Assembly (NCBI GenBank): GCA_026025795.1
Contig: JAPEUG010000139.1
Coordinates: 1 to 38,195, forward strand
DNA from: Thelocarpon superellum
Lineage: Eukaryota
Length of the DNA: 38,195 nt
Direction: 5' to 3'
Shown here: positions 24,915 through 37,206 of the stretch, in pieces
How positions within the stretch are numbered: the stretch's first letter is position 1
Layout of the letters: each line of letters begins with the position of its first letter
Made by a program: the position numbers and the translations under genes
Notes under the pieces: generated by a model
Seen by the model: only the letters and a program-made list of their open reading frames with translations
Databases searched by the model: none
Told to the model about the DNA's origin: nothing

Positions 24915-26263
24915 TCAGCCCTCAAGCCGGTTGATTCTCTTCTTGATGTATTCAAAGGAAGAGAAGAAGACGGCGTTGACTACCGCCGACCGGCTCATCG
25001 ACACCCCAATGCCTATGCACAGGTCAGGTCGCGTCGTAGATCCAGTGAGAGCAAACCAACCGCGATACATGCGAGGGTTGAACCAGTCGATCTTGGGGGC
25101 CGCCTGCGTCCGAAGCGGGCTCTGTGTGAGGCAGTTGCGCTGGTAGATGCTCTTGGACGAGTCGATCGGGTAGATCTGTTCGCCGTGGTTAGCCCCCCGT
25201 CTCCATGATCATCCAGACGTCCGACGTACACAGGCCCAGCTGACAACCCCACAGAGTCCTCCAGCGATGGCCACAGCCACGGGGTGGGTCGGAGAGTGGC
25301 CCTTGGACGTGGCCAACACCTGCTTGCAGCTCTCGTATGTCATGAAGTAGATGGCCGTGCCAAGCGTGTCGCGCACTGCCTTGATCAGCCACGTCGCGGG
25401 CGGGGGTGGAGGGAAGCCTACTTAAATGCAGGTGAAATCCAGAGTACAGCCCGAGAAGCCCGCGGTGCTTGACAATGGTGCGCGCCGTCTCAAAGGTACC
25501 CATCTGTTCGTAGTTTCGCCGGAGTGGCTCATCCATACTACCCGTCTTGTTGCGGGCCATGAGCACGGCAATCTGCGCGCTCAGCTTGGTGTACTCGAAT
25601 GGACAGGCCACCACCGTCACCGCTGCACCCGACGTAGCTCCAGCCGCACCGAAGCACGTCAGGGTCGCTAGCGTTGGCATGCTGCCTAGGGTGTTGACCA
25701 CCGTGAGGGGGGAGCTCCCCGTCGCCGATTCAATCCATCCCGAGTAGAGGTACTTGGCTTTCTGGTAGATGGAAAAGGAGATGGTCCGCACGACCGTGAC
25801 GCTGACCAACGGCGCGCTCACACCTGGAGCAAGGAGGTCAGCATGCACCATGAGCCTGCCATCGGATCATGGTTCATCGTACCACGCCAGAAGGACAAAC
25901 CCCCCTCAGTCCGATAGGTGTGTTTCACACAATCGGTGAAGTTGGTGAAGTGGTAGCTTTTCATCATCGTCAGCTTCGTCAGCTTCGACATGGTCCACCC
26001 TCTCTACCACTTACGCTTGCATGCGGGTTTTGACCGAGTCCAGCGGGTACTAGACCCTTCAGTCAGCTCCGAGTCTGGAGATCAACGTTCGCGGGCGGAC
26101 CCACAGAGAAGAAGGTGGACAACACGCTGCTCGAGCTCGCGGCAATCTCGGTGCGATAGTCCTTGACCCATTTCCACGGATGATCGGCTGTCAGAGACGG
26201 CCGATGGGGGCCAAGGTTGGCTGGCGCCGACGGGTTGACAATGGGTTCTTCAGATTCCGGCAT
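24915..26263 (-). CDS. Mitochondrial carrier family (SLC25) protein (~342 aa), 7 exons
   Basis: Exons 26263-26105, 26049-26015, 25956-25883, 25823-25422, 25375-25230, 25175-25061, 25012-24915 total 1029 nt in frame. Three carrier signatures YPLDSVKTRMQ, CPFEYTK and YPIDSSKS; RD contact point (MRDTLGTAIYF.TYE) suggests the amino-acid/carnitine carrier group. Confidence 0.9.
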
Positions 26264-27931
26264 ACTAGCGGAGACTCGGAACTTGGAGAGAGCCGACAGC
26301 GATGGGATCTTCAAGCTCCACGCGATGATACTGCGAGCTGACGCCGGTCCATGCACACGTCCAAGGTAGACGGGCGGAAGCAATTTGGGACGCAGGTGGA
26401 TTTGGTAGGAGTGGCGGTAGTGGATCAAGCTGGAGCTTGGTGGAGAAGTGGGAAAGTGGGAAAGTGGGAGAGAGAAAGTCGGTGGGGCAGGGTGTGAGGG
26501 CTTGTGCTGAAAGCTGAAGCTGTTGCTGGCCGGGTGCCTTCACCTGACGCGGGGGTGTGCGTAGATACACAGTCCGCAATGCGGCGAGTGAAGATGGAGA
26601 TGGTGTGCAGCCTTGCAGGCTGGGAGACTGACGGGCGGAAAGGACCGCGACGAGCGGTGGTGAAGCAGAGAGGGAGGGAACCCAATGGCGAGTGGGTGGG
26701 AATGAGAGGTGTGAGGCAGGTGAACGGGCGTGGAGCTTGATCTGGTTGATTGTCGACGCCGAGACGTGCGTCGTCGTCGTCGTCGTCGAAGAAGGCCGAC
26801 CGTCAATCGCAGCCCGCTGCGACGCATCGGTCGTCGAGTCACTCGTCGGCCGAGACGACAGTGGCCGCGACGATGATGGAGTAGACCATCGCGAGAGGTG
26901 GACGGGGAGCACCAGTCGTGCTGTGCAGCACGGTGGTAATCGAGCGGCGGACAATCGTGACGAGCTTGTCCCCCGGCGCTGGGGTCAGCTTAGGTACACG
27001 GAAGCGGAGAAACACGAGCTATGCGGTACTCGTGGGGTGGTGGTAGCGCGCGCGGCAGTTGATCGGTGGTACGAGACCTTGTACTTGTACGTGAGTCCAT
27101 CGTCGTCGTCGATCCTAATATGTGATGAACGGCACCGGACAAGTACCAGCAACCGGTGCTCAGCGTCCTTCTCCGTACTCATACCAGCCAATTCCTCTTC
27201 CAGAGCCGGACACATCCCTAGAGGGTTCCAGATCTTCGATGATGGCATGATTGACCCGCTATCCGCGCCCGGCTGCCGGTACCACCTGGCCCTGAGACGC
27301 CACCATGCCTCTAACCGAGGTGCCCGCGTCACCCCGCCGAACTTTATCCCATCCCACCCATCTCATCCCTCACGCCTTCGTCCCACCCCATCCACGTACC
27401 GAGTACGAGCGAGCTGCACTCCATCAGGCGACGGGATGGCCCTGTGAAGAGGTTGGGGTACGACCGAAGTCATTGCTAAGCCGACCAATGCTGTCTTATG
27501 GTACACGTGTAGTCAAGGAAACGTCCGTCCCAATGCTGACGGTAGCCTGAGAGATGCGCTCGGTTGTGCGGTCGAGCCCTCCCTCGTATGGATGTGCCCT
27601 GTACTCCGTTCTGTCTCATGAAACCCGGTATTCGTACTTGGTAGCTTCGGCCCAGAACGCCTTCGGACCGTGCCAGTTTCCGTCCGCGTCAACGAAACAA
27701 ACTATCCCTGAATGACATAGTCGGCCGCCCCAAGCCACATGCCACATGCGTCATGTCGCCCCCTGCGCGCACATGGCCGTTGCGTCAGGATACTGATGTC
27801 GTCCACCACGTCACGCTCACTCCGTCATGTCAAGCTTCCCAATCCAAGGTCCAGTCTTCTTCGTAAAGGGGCCCTAGATAAGTCGCGTCTGTTTTGGGCC
27901 GACCAGGCCGCACATGACTGTTCGTCATCCA

Positions 27932-30718
27932 TCACTCCAGCACCACGATACAGCTCCCCTGTTTGCGACTGGAAGGTTCCTGGCGATGTGGGATGCTCTC
28001 TTCGGGCCGGGTCGAAGCGAGGTGCGAAGGCTGGGCACGGCGTGTGGTAGGCAGATAGTGCTGTGTGGGCGGAGACGCGCTGCGCAACGTCAGCAACGAG
28101 TCTATCGCACGGGGCCTAGTCAGCGGAGCGTCGTCGGTGTGGTGATACCTTCTCTCTCGCCACGCAGGACCGGCGCGGACCTCGATGAAACGGTGCGGGC
28201 CATCCCTGATCTCGTCAATCGCGGACTGGGTCAGGATGGGAGCATCCTCCATTCGTCCTCCACTCCGATACACATGGCCCACCGGTGGCGCCCACGTTGC
28301 GGATGCTTGCTCTCTCGACCTCGATCGGGTGAATTCAAGAGGTTGATGACGGACGGGATAGCCCGGATCAACAGGGACGGATGACCGCCAGGCAATAGAA
28401 TGATCCACGTCATCATGAAGTCCTGCCTCGGCACGGATGCTGCGGTATGTCGTCGATACACGAGTAAGATAATCGTGCGGCGGCTCAGGACGCATGTACA
28501 GTCGACGACCAGGCCCGTCCACCACGAAGGTCTGCGCCTGACCTTCCCACGCGGACGAGGCGTCATGCTCGTCTTGAACAGAGCTCACCACGCGTGAAGA
28601 GGTCGTGGCATAGATGTGGTGGGCATCGGTCTTGGACCATTGCATGTTCTGAGAGCTGCGTCTATAATCATCGCGATCGACGCGACCTTGAAGTGGTGGG
28701 CTGCCGGTGACTCGCATATGATGCGAAGATGATAGCGGCACCTCATAATGAAAGTGGGTCGCGCCACGACCTACGGACCGGGCGGGTAGAGCGAACAAGG
28801 CATCGGGGCTGCGCAGATCAGCAACGGGGCCTCGACCGGTTGGTCGAAGCACGGTCGGTCCACTCCATCGAGATGCGTGCGGCTCTTGCGCTGGGAATAC
28901 ATCCGCCGATCCCGGCGAGTGCAGCCGTCTCCGCTTCGGAGAGGGTGCATCAGTGATGACGCGCAGGGAGTGCGACGATGCGTGCGAGCGATGTAAAGCA
29001 TCTGGAGCCGAGCGCAGTGCGTATCGCCGCTGAGGCCCGCGACCGGCATCATGAAAGTCATGAGCTGATCGGCGACGCGAAGAGGAAACGCGAAGAGATG
29101 AAGGAGACAAGGGTTCAATAGACGGCATTGGAAGATCGGGTGACTGATGAGCATCAGGTGCATCAGCCAAAGCGCGAATAGAAAAGGATTGGTGCGCGTC
29201 CAGCGGCGCCATCCGTGGGGAGACCTGTCTGGCCCGGATGGCGTCAGACAGGCTCCATCGCGGTGGATGGTAGCTGGCGTACGGGGTTCGGTCAACATCC
29301 CAGGCGGGGTCGTCTTCGCCGCCGCGACGGGCGGCCTGTGCTCGCGGCCTTCGCGGCCGCTGGTCGGCCCGTTCTAAACTTCCGTGGCGGGTCTCGCCAA
29401 GGGAGAATGGCACACGCTGCACGATCTGGTTACGAATGTTGCTCTCCAAGTTGACCTCAGTGGGTTGTCGGTCGGTCTCCTCGTGGCGTTGAGCCGGGGC
29501 GTGGTACGAGCGTACTTGATCCGGCGAGGCCTTTCTCTTGCGAGAGGTGATCTCTTGTACCTCGCCCGGAGAGGTGGAGGTTGGTCGGCGGGTAGTACTC
29601 GTCGCATGACCCGCTTTGTCGCCAGGAGGCTCAGCCGCTGCATCCTCAAATTCCTCATCATCGCCATCGCTGGAGATATAGATGACCTCGCGGAAGATCT
29701 CTTCAAACACATCCCGGCCATTCTCTTCGTCGCCACGCCACGTCAGCAGCTTATTCTCGCAAATCTTGCGCACCCGGCTTCGAGCCTCAGTCCAGCCGTC
29801 GGTATGCAGGAGCTTGTCATAGTCGGAGTACACGTGTCGGATATGTGCGAGCGCGGCCAGATGCACCCGACGCGAGATGGGTAGCGAGTTGACCGTGCCC
29901 ACCTTTTTGCGCGCCTTGTCGAAAGCACGAGCGATGATGAGATCTCGATCCTCGGCCGGCATCTTGGGAAAGAGGTCGGTCAAGGCGTCCCGCGCTTTGT
30001 CGTTGAGCATCTCCTGCGACTCGGGCGCGCGAGACGGCGACGCCTTGGTCGACGGCCTCACGTGGGGAGGTGGCGGGGTCATGGGGCGGTCGTCGTCAAT
30101 CGATCTAGTGATGGCACGGCTTCTCAAGTACCGGGTGACAGTGGCCGGGTCCGGGGTGGCCACGGGCTTCGGAACCACTGCTGGGGTTGGGGCCTGGGCC
30201 GCAGCTGGGGCCGAGGCCGAGGCCAGGGTCCCCATCCATTTGTCGAGGGCGATATTGAGAAACTGACAAGCGCGCTCGACGATGGAGCTGAGGAAGTGGT
30301 GTCCTATACGATGGATATGCCGTGAGAGCCGGATGGACGGGGTCTTGGTGTCCTGGACAGTATCAGACGTGGACCAGCCGAAATGCCCATCTGTGGCCCA
30401 ACTCACCGACACGATATACACCAGGTGGTTGCCCTGCCGCGAATACTCCTTGCACTTCTCAGTCAGGTCAGGCGTGCCTGCTGCGACAAAGGTGTAGTCT
30501 GGCGGTGGCCGGGCGCTGAAAGAGACCTACTCCGGGATCAGCAGTTGCCGGGTGCTCGGGTAGGCGGAAAGACGGACATCGGTGCGAAGCTTCTTCTGTT
30601 GTTGAACGACGGGTTCAAAGACGACCTTGTAGGGCCGAGATTTGCGTGCCCCTATCGAGATGCTCCTAGCCCGTCGCTGCGGATCCGATGGAGCGTCGGC
30701 GGGAGGATCTTGGGCCAT
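27932..30718 (-). CDS. DUF2293-domain fungal protein with long disordered C-terminus (~893 aa), 3 exons
   Basis: Exons 30718-30578, 30526-30407, 30352-27932. Motifs KKLRTD|VSF..PPPDYTFVAAGTPDLTEKCKE..VYIVS|..HRIGHHF and the DUF2293 core LTDLFPKMP..D...II.RAF...VGT....RRVHLAALAHIRHVYSDYDKLL...EAR..V......WRG. Confidence 0.8.
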
Positions 30719-31341
30719 CTGCCAAGCCTCGCGGGAGCGAGGGGGGCGGGGAGGAGTGGGGAGGTAGACCGATGGCCCGGACGAGAACGATGGCGATCCT
30801 CTTTACAACATTCTCGATCGAAGCACATGGGATGCTGCTGTCCGCTCGAAACAAAGGCGGACCAGCGGGCCGAACAACCTTTAATCTGTGGCAACCACTG
30901 CGGGTGAATGACCCACGGCAGGATGAGGGGTGGGGGTTACGGACGGTGAGTCTTGGGTTGAGGCTGCATCGGCCTGTTCGACTCTCGCCGTTCGCCTTCG
31001 CGTTCGCGTTCACGTTCGGCTGTCCGAGGTGCCGGCTGTCGTTTACCTGGGACATGGACTGCCAGCCCGCCGTATTCACCTGAAACTACCAAGTGCTACG
31101 GGTAAGTCATGAATCGCTGTTGTTGCTCCACCACCCAAATGCGCCGTATGAGTACGACCGCAGTATGAGCACTGCTCGCTTCATCGGCTGACAGCTGGCC
31201 GCCCGGAAAAGGCGAAGAGGCATCTAGCATGGGCCACTGCTCCTTAGCTACGCCCGACTCACGACCGCTCTACCTGTCCATCTACACCTCCTCGCCCTCT
31301 TGTCTCCGACTAGGGTGAGGGGAGGGGATGCGTGGACGACG

Positions 31342-31808
31342 ATGAGTGGCGGCCCCTCACACGTGGAGCTGGTCCATGCCTACCGCCATCTCTATCGGGG
31401 ACTGCTCCATGCCGTCTGTTTTTCGGCGCCGGCCCGCTTCACTGCTCGCGACAGGCTCCGAGACGCCTTCCGACGCGGTGCAGTCGCGCAATATGATGCT
31501 CGGAAGATCGAGAATACCCTCGAGTTCCTACGAGGCGCGGCACGGGAGACGGGTATGGAGCACCGGATCCTAAAGAATCTGTTGATGGTGCGCTTCTGGG
31601 AACGCGATAAGCTCAGTCGATATCTACAGTGCGTACCCGGCTAGTAGGCGCGGCCTATCTTCCGCCGGAGCAAAACAGCAATGAGGCTGACCGGTGCGAT
31701 AGGACGTCCAAGGCACAGCGTGACCTGGTCTCCCACAAAGAGGTCTACCACCATTTCAACCGCACCGTCGACATGCTCAATCGAAGCCTTGGCCTGTGCT
31801 TAGCGTGA
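31342..31808 (+). CDS. DUF1763-like small LYR-type fungal protein (~130 aa), 2 exons
   Basis: Exons 31342-31628 and 31703-31808 (intron GTGCGT...GCTGAC...TAG). VHAYRHLYRGLLHAV.FS.PARF..RD.LR.AFR, NTLEFL..AA...G.EHRILKNL, and C-terminal F..TV.MLN.SLGLCL. Confidence 0.75.
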
Positions 31809-31980
31809 CGGCAGCAATCTCATCGTATGAGGCGTCAAGGTTATCGACGCTCACCTTGCATGGGGCATCTAGAGCGGTCGTCTACAGGTGTAGCATCACA
31901 TGTATCCGTTCTAGCTAGAGAGGTGTCTCTGCGCTGAAATGCAGCAACCAATCAGGGTGCGACGTCCATCAGACGGCAAT

Positions 31981-32763
31981 CTATGCAGGAACAGCCTGCA
32001 GCGATGTTCTCTGCCGGACTTTGGCCTTGTCCCGAGTGCCTTCGTCCTGCTGTGGCACGGCAGGAAGGTCTTCGAGGTCTTGTGTAGTTGGTGTCGCAGG
32101 CAGCTTCTTTCCAACGACCTGGACAGCGTGAGCATCGGCGACGTAGACGCGAGGAGAAGACGTACCTCTTCCTCCAATGCATCGAGTTCGTCTTCGACCT
32201 CGTCTTCATCCTGGTTGGATATTCGACCGCCCAGCATCTCGCTGATCTCCTACACGACGTGGTCAGTTGGCCGCGTCGAGCGACGCTCGGGATGACCTTA
32301 CTCGTTGGTATGCACGAGCTTCCTCGCTCTCCCCCATGAGCTTCTCCACCTGGTCGATCCCGCCCATCTCTCGGTGAATCTCGTTCAACACGCTGGTTCC
32401 TTGTTGCAACCCGAACAGCACATCCTTCTGCACTTGTGCAAACTCGACGCTGGCCGTCAGCTTCTCCAGCTGTTCCAGTTGGGCGTCGGTCTTGGCGAGG
32501 AGGGACTCCTGGAATTTCTTCCGGCGCAGGGCGAGGAGTGCACCCTGCTTGTTGTTCTGACCGAGCAGAGTCTTGGCGATGGCGGTCTCGCGCGAGGTCA
32601 GGACGGTGATCTTGCGCTGATATTGATGGAGCTTGTCGCGCTGGTTCTTCATGTCCAAGATGGCTCTAGAGTCATGGGTGTGAGCCTCATGCCAGGCCGC
32701 CGGCCGGGGGCCCACTTACTTATCCTGGGCGGAGATCTTACGATGACTTGCAGTGTTCCCCAT
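31981..32763 (-). CDS. VPS20: ESCRT-III subunit Vps20 (CHMP6, Snf7 family; ~209 aa), 4 exons
   Basis: Exons 32763-32720, 32665-32302, 32249-32166, 32118-31981. Myristoylation-type start MGNTAS; ISAQDK|AILDMKNQRDKLHQYQRKI; ALLALRRKKFQESLL.KTD.QLEQLE; MIM2-like LPATP/LPAVP. Confidence 0.93.
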
Positions 32764-32956
32764 GCTTGACCCTCCTGCCAATGCATGCTGTTGAGTCGAC
32801 GAGTCATGATCTCCATGCTCAACGGCCCAGGCGCGTGACACTCACCGACGCACTCGTGGTATCGATAAGCTGGCCGGAACTTGCCGATGGCCGACGATTC
32901 TTCAATTTCGTGACTTTGTCCCGCACATCACAACTTTGCATTGGCTACTAGAGAAC

Positions 32957-35451
32957 ATGCCTATCCAATCCACGAGAGCAACCCTGGGTCATGGGCTGGA
33001 CAAGGAAGTGAGGAGATGGTCGATACCCCTACGGATGTATCGCTGACATGCATAGGTGTATCAAGTCATTCGAAAGGTCACCGACGAGCAGGCCCAATAT
33101 GATGGCCATACACCTCGACTTACCATTCCGGCGGTGTATGAGCGGATCAAAAGGTCCAATTCCAGCCTCAATCGGAAAAGCAAGAAACTGCTCGAAGATA
33201 GTATCGAGCGAGTCTTGGCCGTGGTCAAGGAGGAGGAAGCCGACGATGATTCTGGCTCCGTCCAGGGTGACTTTGACGGCATGGAAGAGGAGCCTGAGAC
33301 CAAGGTGGGTGTCGTTTCTCGTCAACGTGACCCGCACGGCCACTGCTGAGCAAACGTAGCCGGTCAATGTTATGAATAAAAGCATCGTCGGCATGTGGTC
33401 CGTACCGCGGGCGGTGACCTCGACCCGGCCCTCGACGGCCGCGGCCCCAACCTCTCTCGCACCAGATGAGCCAGAAAGATCAGCATCTCACACTCCGATG
33501 CAAGGAATTGTGGAGGGTGCTGCGGCGACCGTGGCCACTCCCAAACGGCGAGAGCGGCAGGCGAATGGAGAGCCCACGAGCAAGAGGAGGAGGGCGGACA
33601 AGGCACCAAAGGAGGTCTGTCGAGCGGCACCCACGCACGTGAGCCTGACGGACCTAGGTGGCGTCAATGGCGTGGTGCATGACCTCACGGAGCTAATCGC
33701 CCTGCCCATGCTCTATCCCGAGGTGTACACCCACTCAGGGATTCAGCCTCCGCGGGGCGTGCTTCTCCACGGACCGCCCGGGTGCGGAAAGACGATGATT
33801 GCCAATGCCTTTGCCGCCGAACTGGGGGTCTCCTTCATTCCCATCTCCGCGCCATCCATCGTGTCAGGCATGTCGGGAGAGTCGGAGAAGAAGCTACGGG
33901 ATTACTTTGACGAGGCCAAGAAGCTTGCCCCGTGTCTGATGTTCATTGACGAGATCGATGCCATCACGCCCAAGCGAGAGAGCGCGCAGAGGGAGATGGA
34001 GAAGAGGATTGTGGCGCAGATGTTGACGTGCATGGACGATCTCGCCTTGGAAAAGACGGACGGAAAGCCCGTCATCATCATCGCCGCGACCAATCGACCC
34101 GACAGCCTGGATCCCGCCCTGCGACGTGCCGGGCGATTCAACAAGGAGATCAACCTGAGCGTCCCCGACGAGGCGGCACGGTCCAAGATCCTGCAAGCTC
34201 TCACTGGGCGATTACGACTCTGGGGCGACTGCGATTTTGGCAGCTTAGCCAAGCTCACGCCGGGTTTCGTTGGCGCAGACTTGAATGATCTGGTTTCGAC
34301 GGCCGGTGTGGCCGCGACGAAGAGGATGTTTGAGGTCTTGAAGAAGGAAGTGCCACCGCCGGCCCCGTCCCCAGGCCAAGAGGTGTCGGCGGACGTGCAA
34401 ACACTACGAGACCTGATCAAGAGGGCCGAGGAGAGTCTCTCTCAGGAAGAGCTCGAGGGCATGGCGATCACGTACGACGACTTCCTCACAGCCATACCGA
34501 AGATCCAACCGTCATCGAAGAGAGAAGGATTTGCTACGATTCCTAACACGACCTGGGCCGACATCGGAGCACTGCACAGCGTCCGCGACGAGCTCCAGAT
34601 GGCGATTGTCGAGCCGATCAAGCGACCAGATCGATATGAGATGGTGGGCATCACGGCGCCCACGGGAGTCCTACTCTGGGGACCTCCCGGCTGTGGAAAG
34701 ACGCTGCTTGCCAAGGCTGTAGCCAACGAGAGCAAAGCGAACTTCATCAGCGTCAAGGGGCCCGAGCTGCTGAACAAGGTCGGTGTATGGAGCCGGTCGA
34801 CGAGTTTCTCTGACGGGCACAGTACGTGGGAGAGTCCGAGCGAGCGGTACGCCAAGTGTTTGTCCGCGCACGATCCTCGATTCCCTGTGTAATATTCTTC
34901 GACGAGCTGGACGCGCTCGTCCCGCGACGAGAAGACGCCATGGTTGGTCCTCCCGTCTTCCCCTCCCCTCCCCCCCTCCTTCAACCCAACGTCGTCTGAC
35001 TACTCGAGCACGACAGTCGGAAGCCTCGGCGCGCGTGGTCAACACGCTCCTAACGGAGCTAGACGGCCTCTCAAGCCGGGCCGGGATCTACGTCATCGGC
35101 GCCACGAACCGACCGGACATCATCGACGCGGCGATGCTGCGGCCCGGCCGACTCGGGACGCTGCTGTTCGTCGACCTGCCAGGGCCCGAGGAGCGAATCG
35201 AGGTTCTCCGCACGCTGATCAAGATCCCGACCACGGCCGACGTCGAGGAGGTTGCACGCCAATGCGACGGCTTCAGCGGTGCCGATCTCGGCAGCTTGCT
35301 CCGCGCCGCCGGCATCGCGGCCCTCAAGCGCGACGCGGATCGCATCGAGCATGCGGATTTCGTCACCGCCATGCAGAAGGTCAAGAGGAGCGTGGGCGAC
35401 GAGGAGTGTAGGAGGTATCGCAGCTTGAAGGGCCGGTGGAGCTCGAGTTAG
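32957..35451 (+). CDS. RIX7: Ribosome-biogenesis AAA+ ATPase Rix7/NVL (~757 aa), 5 exons
   Basis: Exons 32957-33007, 33056-33304, 33360-34778, 34823-34942, 35017-35451. Two AAA domains ([14 protein letters not shown] and [14 protein letters not shown]), [25 protein letters not shown], and N-terminal [23 protein letters not shown]. Confidence 0.93.
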
Positions 35452-35503
35452 CTGTGGGGCGGCTGTCTTGAGCGGATTCTTGTGTCATTCTTTTGTTCTT
35501 CTT

Positions 35504-35662
35504 CTTTGCTTTACTTTATCTTACTTTACTTTACTTTACTTTACTTTACTTTGCTTTGCTTTGCTTTGCTTTACTTTACTTTACTTTACTTTACTTTACT
35601 TTACTTTATTTTACTTTACTTTACTTTGCTTTGCTTTACTTTACTTTACTTTACTTTACTTT
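35504..35662 (+). repeat. Long pentanucleotide microsatellite (TTTAC/TTTGC)n, about 31 units
   Basis: Directly visible; produces spurious LYFTL-repeat ORFs in all three + frames. Confidence 0.97.
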
Positions 35663-35880
35663 CAATCCATCATGCACAGCGACGGAGGCACGACACGGTC
35701 TTGCAGTCGATGGAGCGGTCCAGTTGCAGGCATGGGGTTTTCTTCTTCGTTGTCATTGCTCGTAGTAATACAGCCAGATATAGACGCACTAAACCTCCAC
35801 CCTACCGCATCTATCATCTTGAGACAGCGAAAAGGTGACTGAAGGTGAACATGTTATCCTCGTCCTCGGTCGTCGCCCAA

Positions 35881-35912
35881 CCATACCAAGCCATACCATA
35901 TCATACCATACC
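35881..35912 (+). repeat. Degenerate (CCATA)n pentamer repeat
   Basis: ccataccaagccataccatatcataccatacc. Confidence 0.7.
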
Positions 35913-35979
35913 CTATCAGCACCGCTGCCCCTGGCGTCCTTGTGTCCCTCCTGAAATCCTCCGACTTCGCAAACTTCTT

Positions 35980-37206
35980 CTATCCAAATTTAAACGAGGC
36001 AGGGAGAAAGTTGATCAGGTTATTGGCGACTTCGTTGTTGATGGCCGAGCTTCCATGATTATCGTTGGACGCGGCCCACGCGGCGCCACTGCCCTCCTGG
36101 TCGTTGGAGCTGTTGGCATATTTGTTGACGTTGATCACATTCGACGACCAGTCGTCTGATGGCAAGATTTGATATAGGTATTCCTGGGAGAACACGGGGA
36201 CAACGGCCTGTCGCGCGGAGAACAGGGAAGGTCAGTCTCCGTCATGGATACACACCGCAGTGATAAGTGAGGGCAAGGAGTGACATGGGGACATACATCT
36301 GGGTAGAGCTTTTGGAAGCTAGCGACGGTCTGGTTCACGTCAAAGTTGTATCCGTCCAGCATCTCCAACCACGTTGGCAGCTCATTGGGCTCTTTCGATT
36401 CCGCAATGAATGCGGGGGCCAGGTAGAGGGGAGCGAGGTCCACGAAGAAAAATTGCCGGAGGCCTGCGCCGTAGAGCTCCTCGAGCTGCCTCAGAAGACT
36501 TGTCTGTATCCCGCTGATGACGTCGTCGATGTGGGCCTGAGGGTCGTCGATGTTGCCAAGACTGCAGTGTCGTCAGCGGTCAGCGTTCCGCATTCCCAAC
36601 TTTATGCTCCTCTTCCTCTCGCCAGCGCCTGTCTTGCGGGGAGTATGGAGGGAAGACTGACTCGGTCGCGCCAATGGAGATGCCAACGGTGGCAGAGGTG
36701 CCGTTCCAGTCCTTGTTCGGCCCCGCACGCGTCTTGATGAACTCCTCAACCTGCTCTTGCAGCGACGGGCTGCCCGGGAAACTGTCGATGTTGGCAATCG
36801 ATCGGTTCACCACAGAGTCATAGCCTGCGTAGTTGTATATCCTGTAGTCCCTCTGGAACCCACCGACGTGTTCGCCAAAGATGTCGGCCCACGACCGCTG
36901 CCCTGTTGTTTGTCAGCAAGGGGTCTTCCTGTCATTGGCCGTTGAACGAGGCAGGTCGGTCTTACCATTCGTGAGGTTGAAATCGTCCTTGTTACCAAAA
37001 GGCAGGTCGTGCGACGGTTGGACCCCAGTCCAATTGAAGCCCGACGTAGAGTACGAGTCCCCGCTTCGAGGACGGTCAGCGATGATTCCCCGGCGTGAGA
37101 GCTCCGGTCAAACACACAAGATGAAGTAATAGTGCGGCGATGAGTCGGCCGCAACCAGGGAAGCGCCGCTCAAGAGCAGAGCGCTCAGCGCGAGAGATCG
37201 AAGCAT
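35980..37206 (-). CDS. Secreted SGNH/GDSL hydrolase, carbohydrate esterase family 16-like (~306 aa), 5 exons
   Basis: Exons 37206-37118, 37063-36966, 36902-36662, 36561-36297, 36207-35980 total 921 nt in frame. Signal-peptide-like MLRSRALSALLLSGASLVAA; block I F|GDSYSTSGF....QPS...PFGN; YNYA; SLQEQVEEF; LYGAGLRQFFFVDLAP; block V NDNH; several N-x-S/T sequons. Confidence 0.8.

Noticed and set aside
26265..27447. Long ORFs on both strands upstream of the carrier gene (229 and 251 aa)
   Set aside because: Low-complexity GC-rich sequence without motifs; more consistent with promoter/5'UTR
30977..30985. GTTCGACTC B-box-like motif (also GGTTCGA at about 17718)
   Set aside because: No cloverleaf or A-box at proper spacing; not a tRNA
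35468..35842. Three overlapping hydrophobic ORFs (LYFTL repeats)
   Set aside because: Translation artefact of the pentamer microsatellite; same pattern in all three frames
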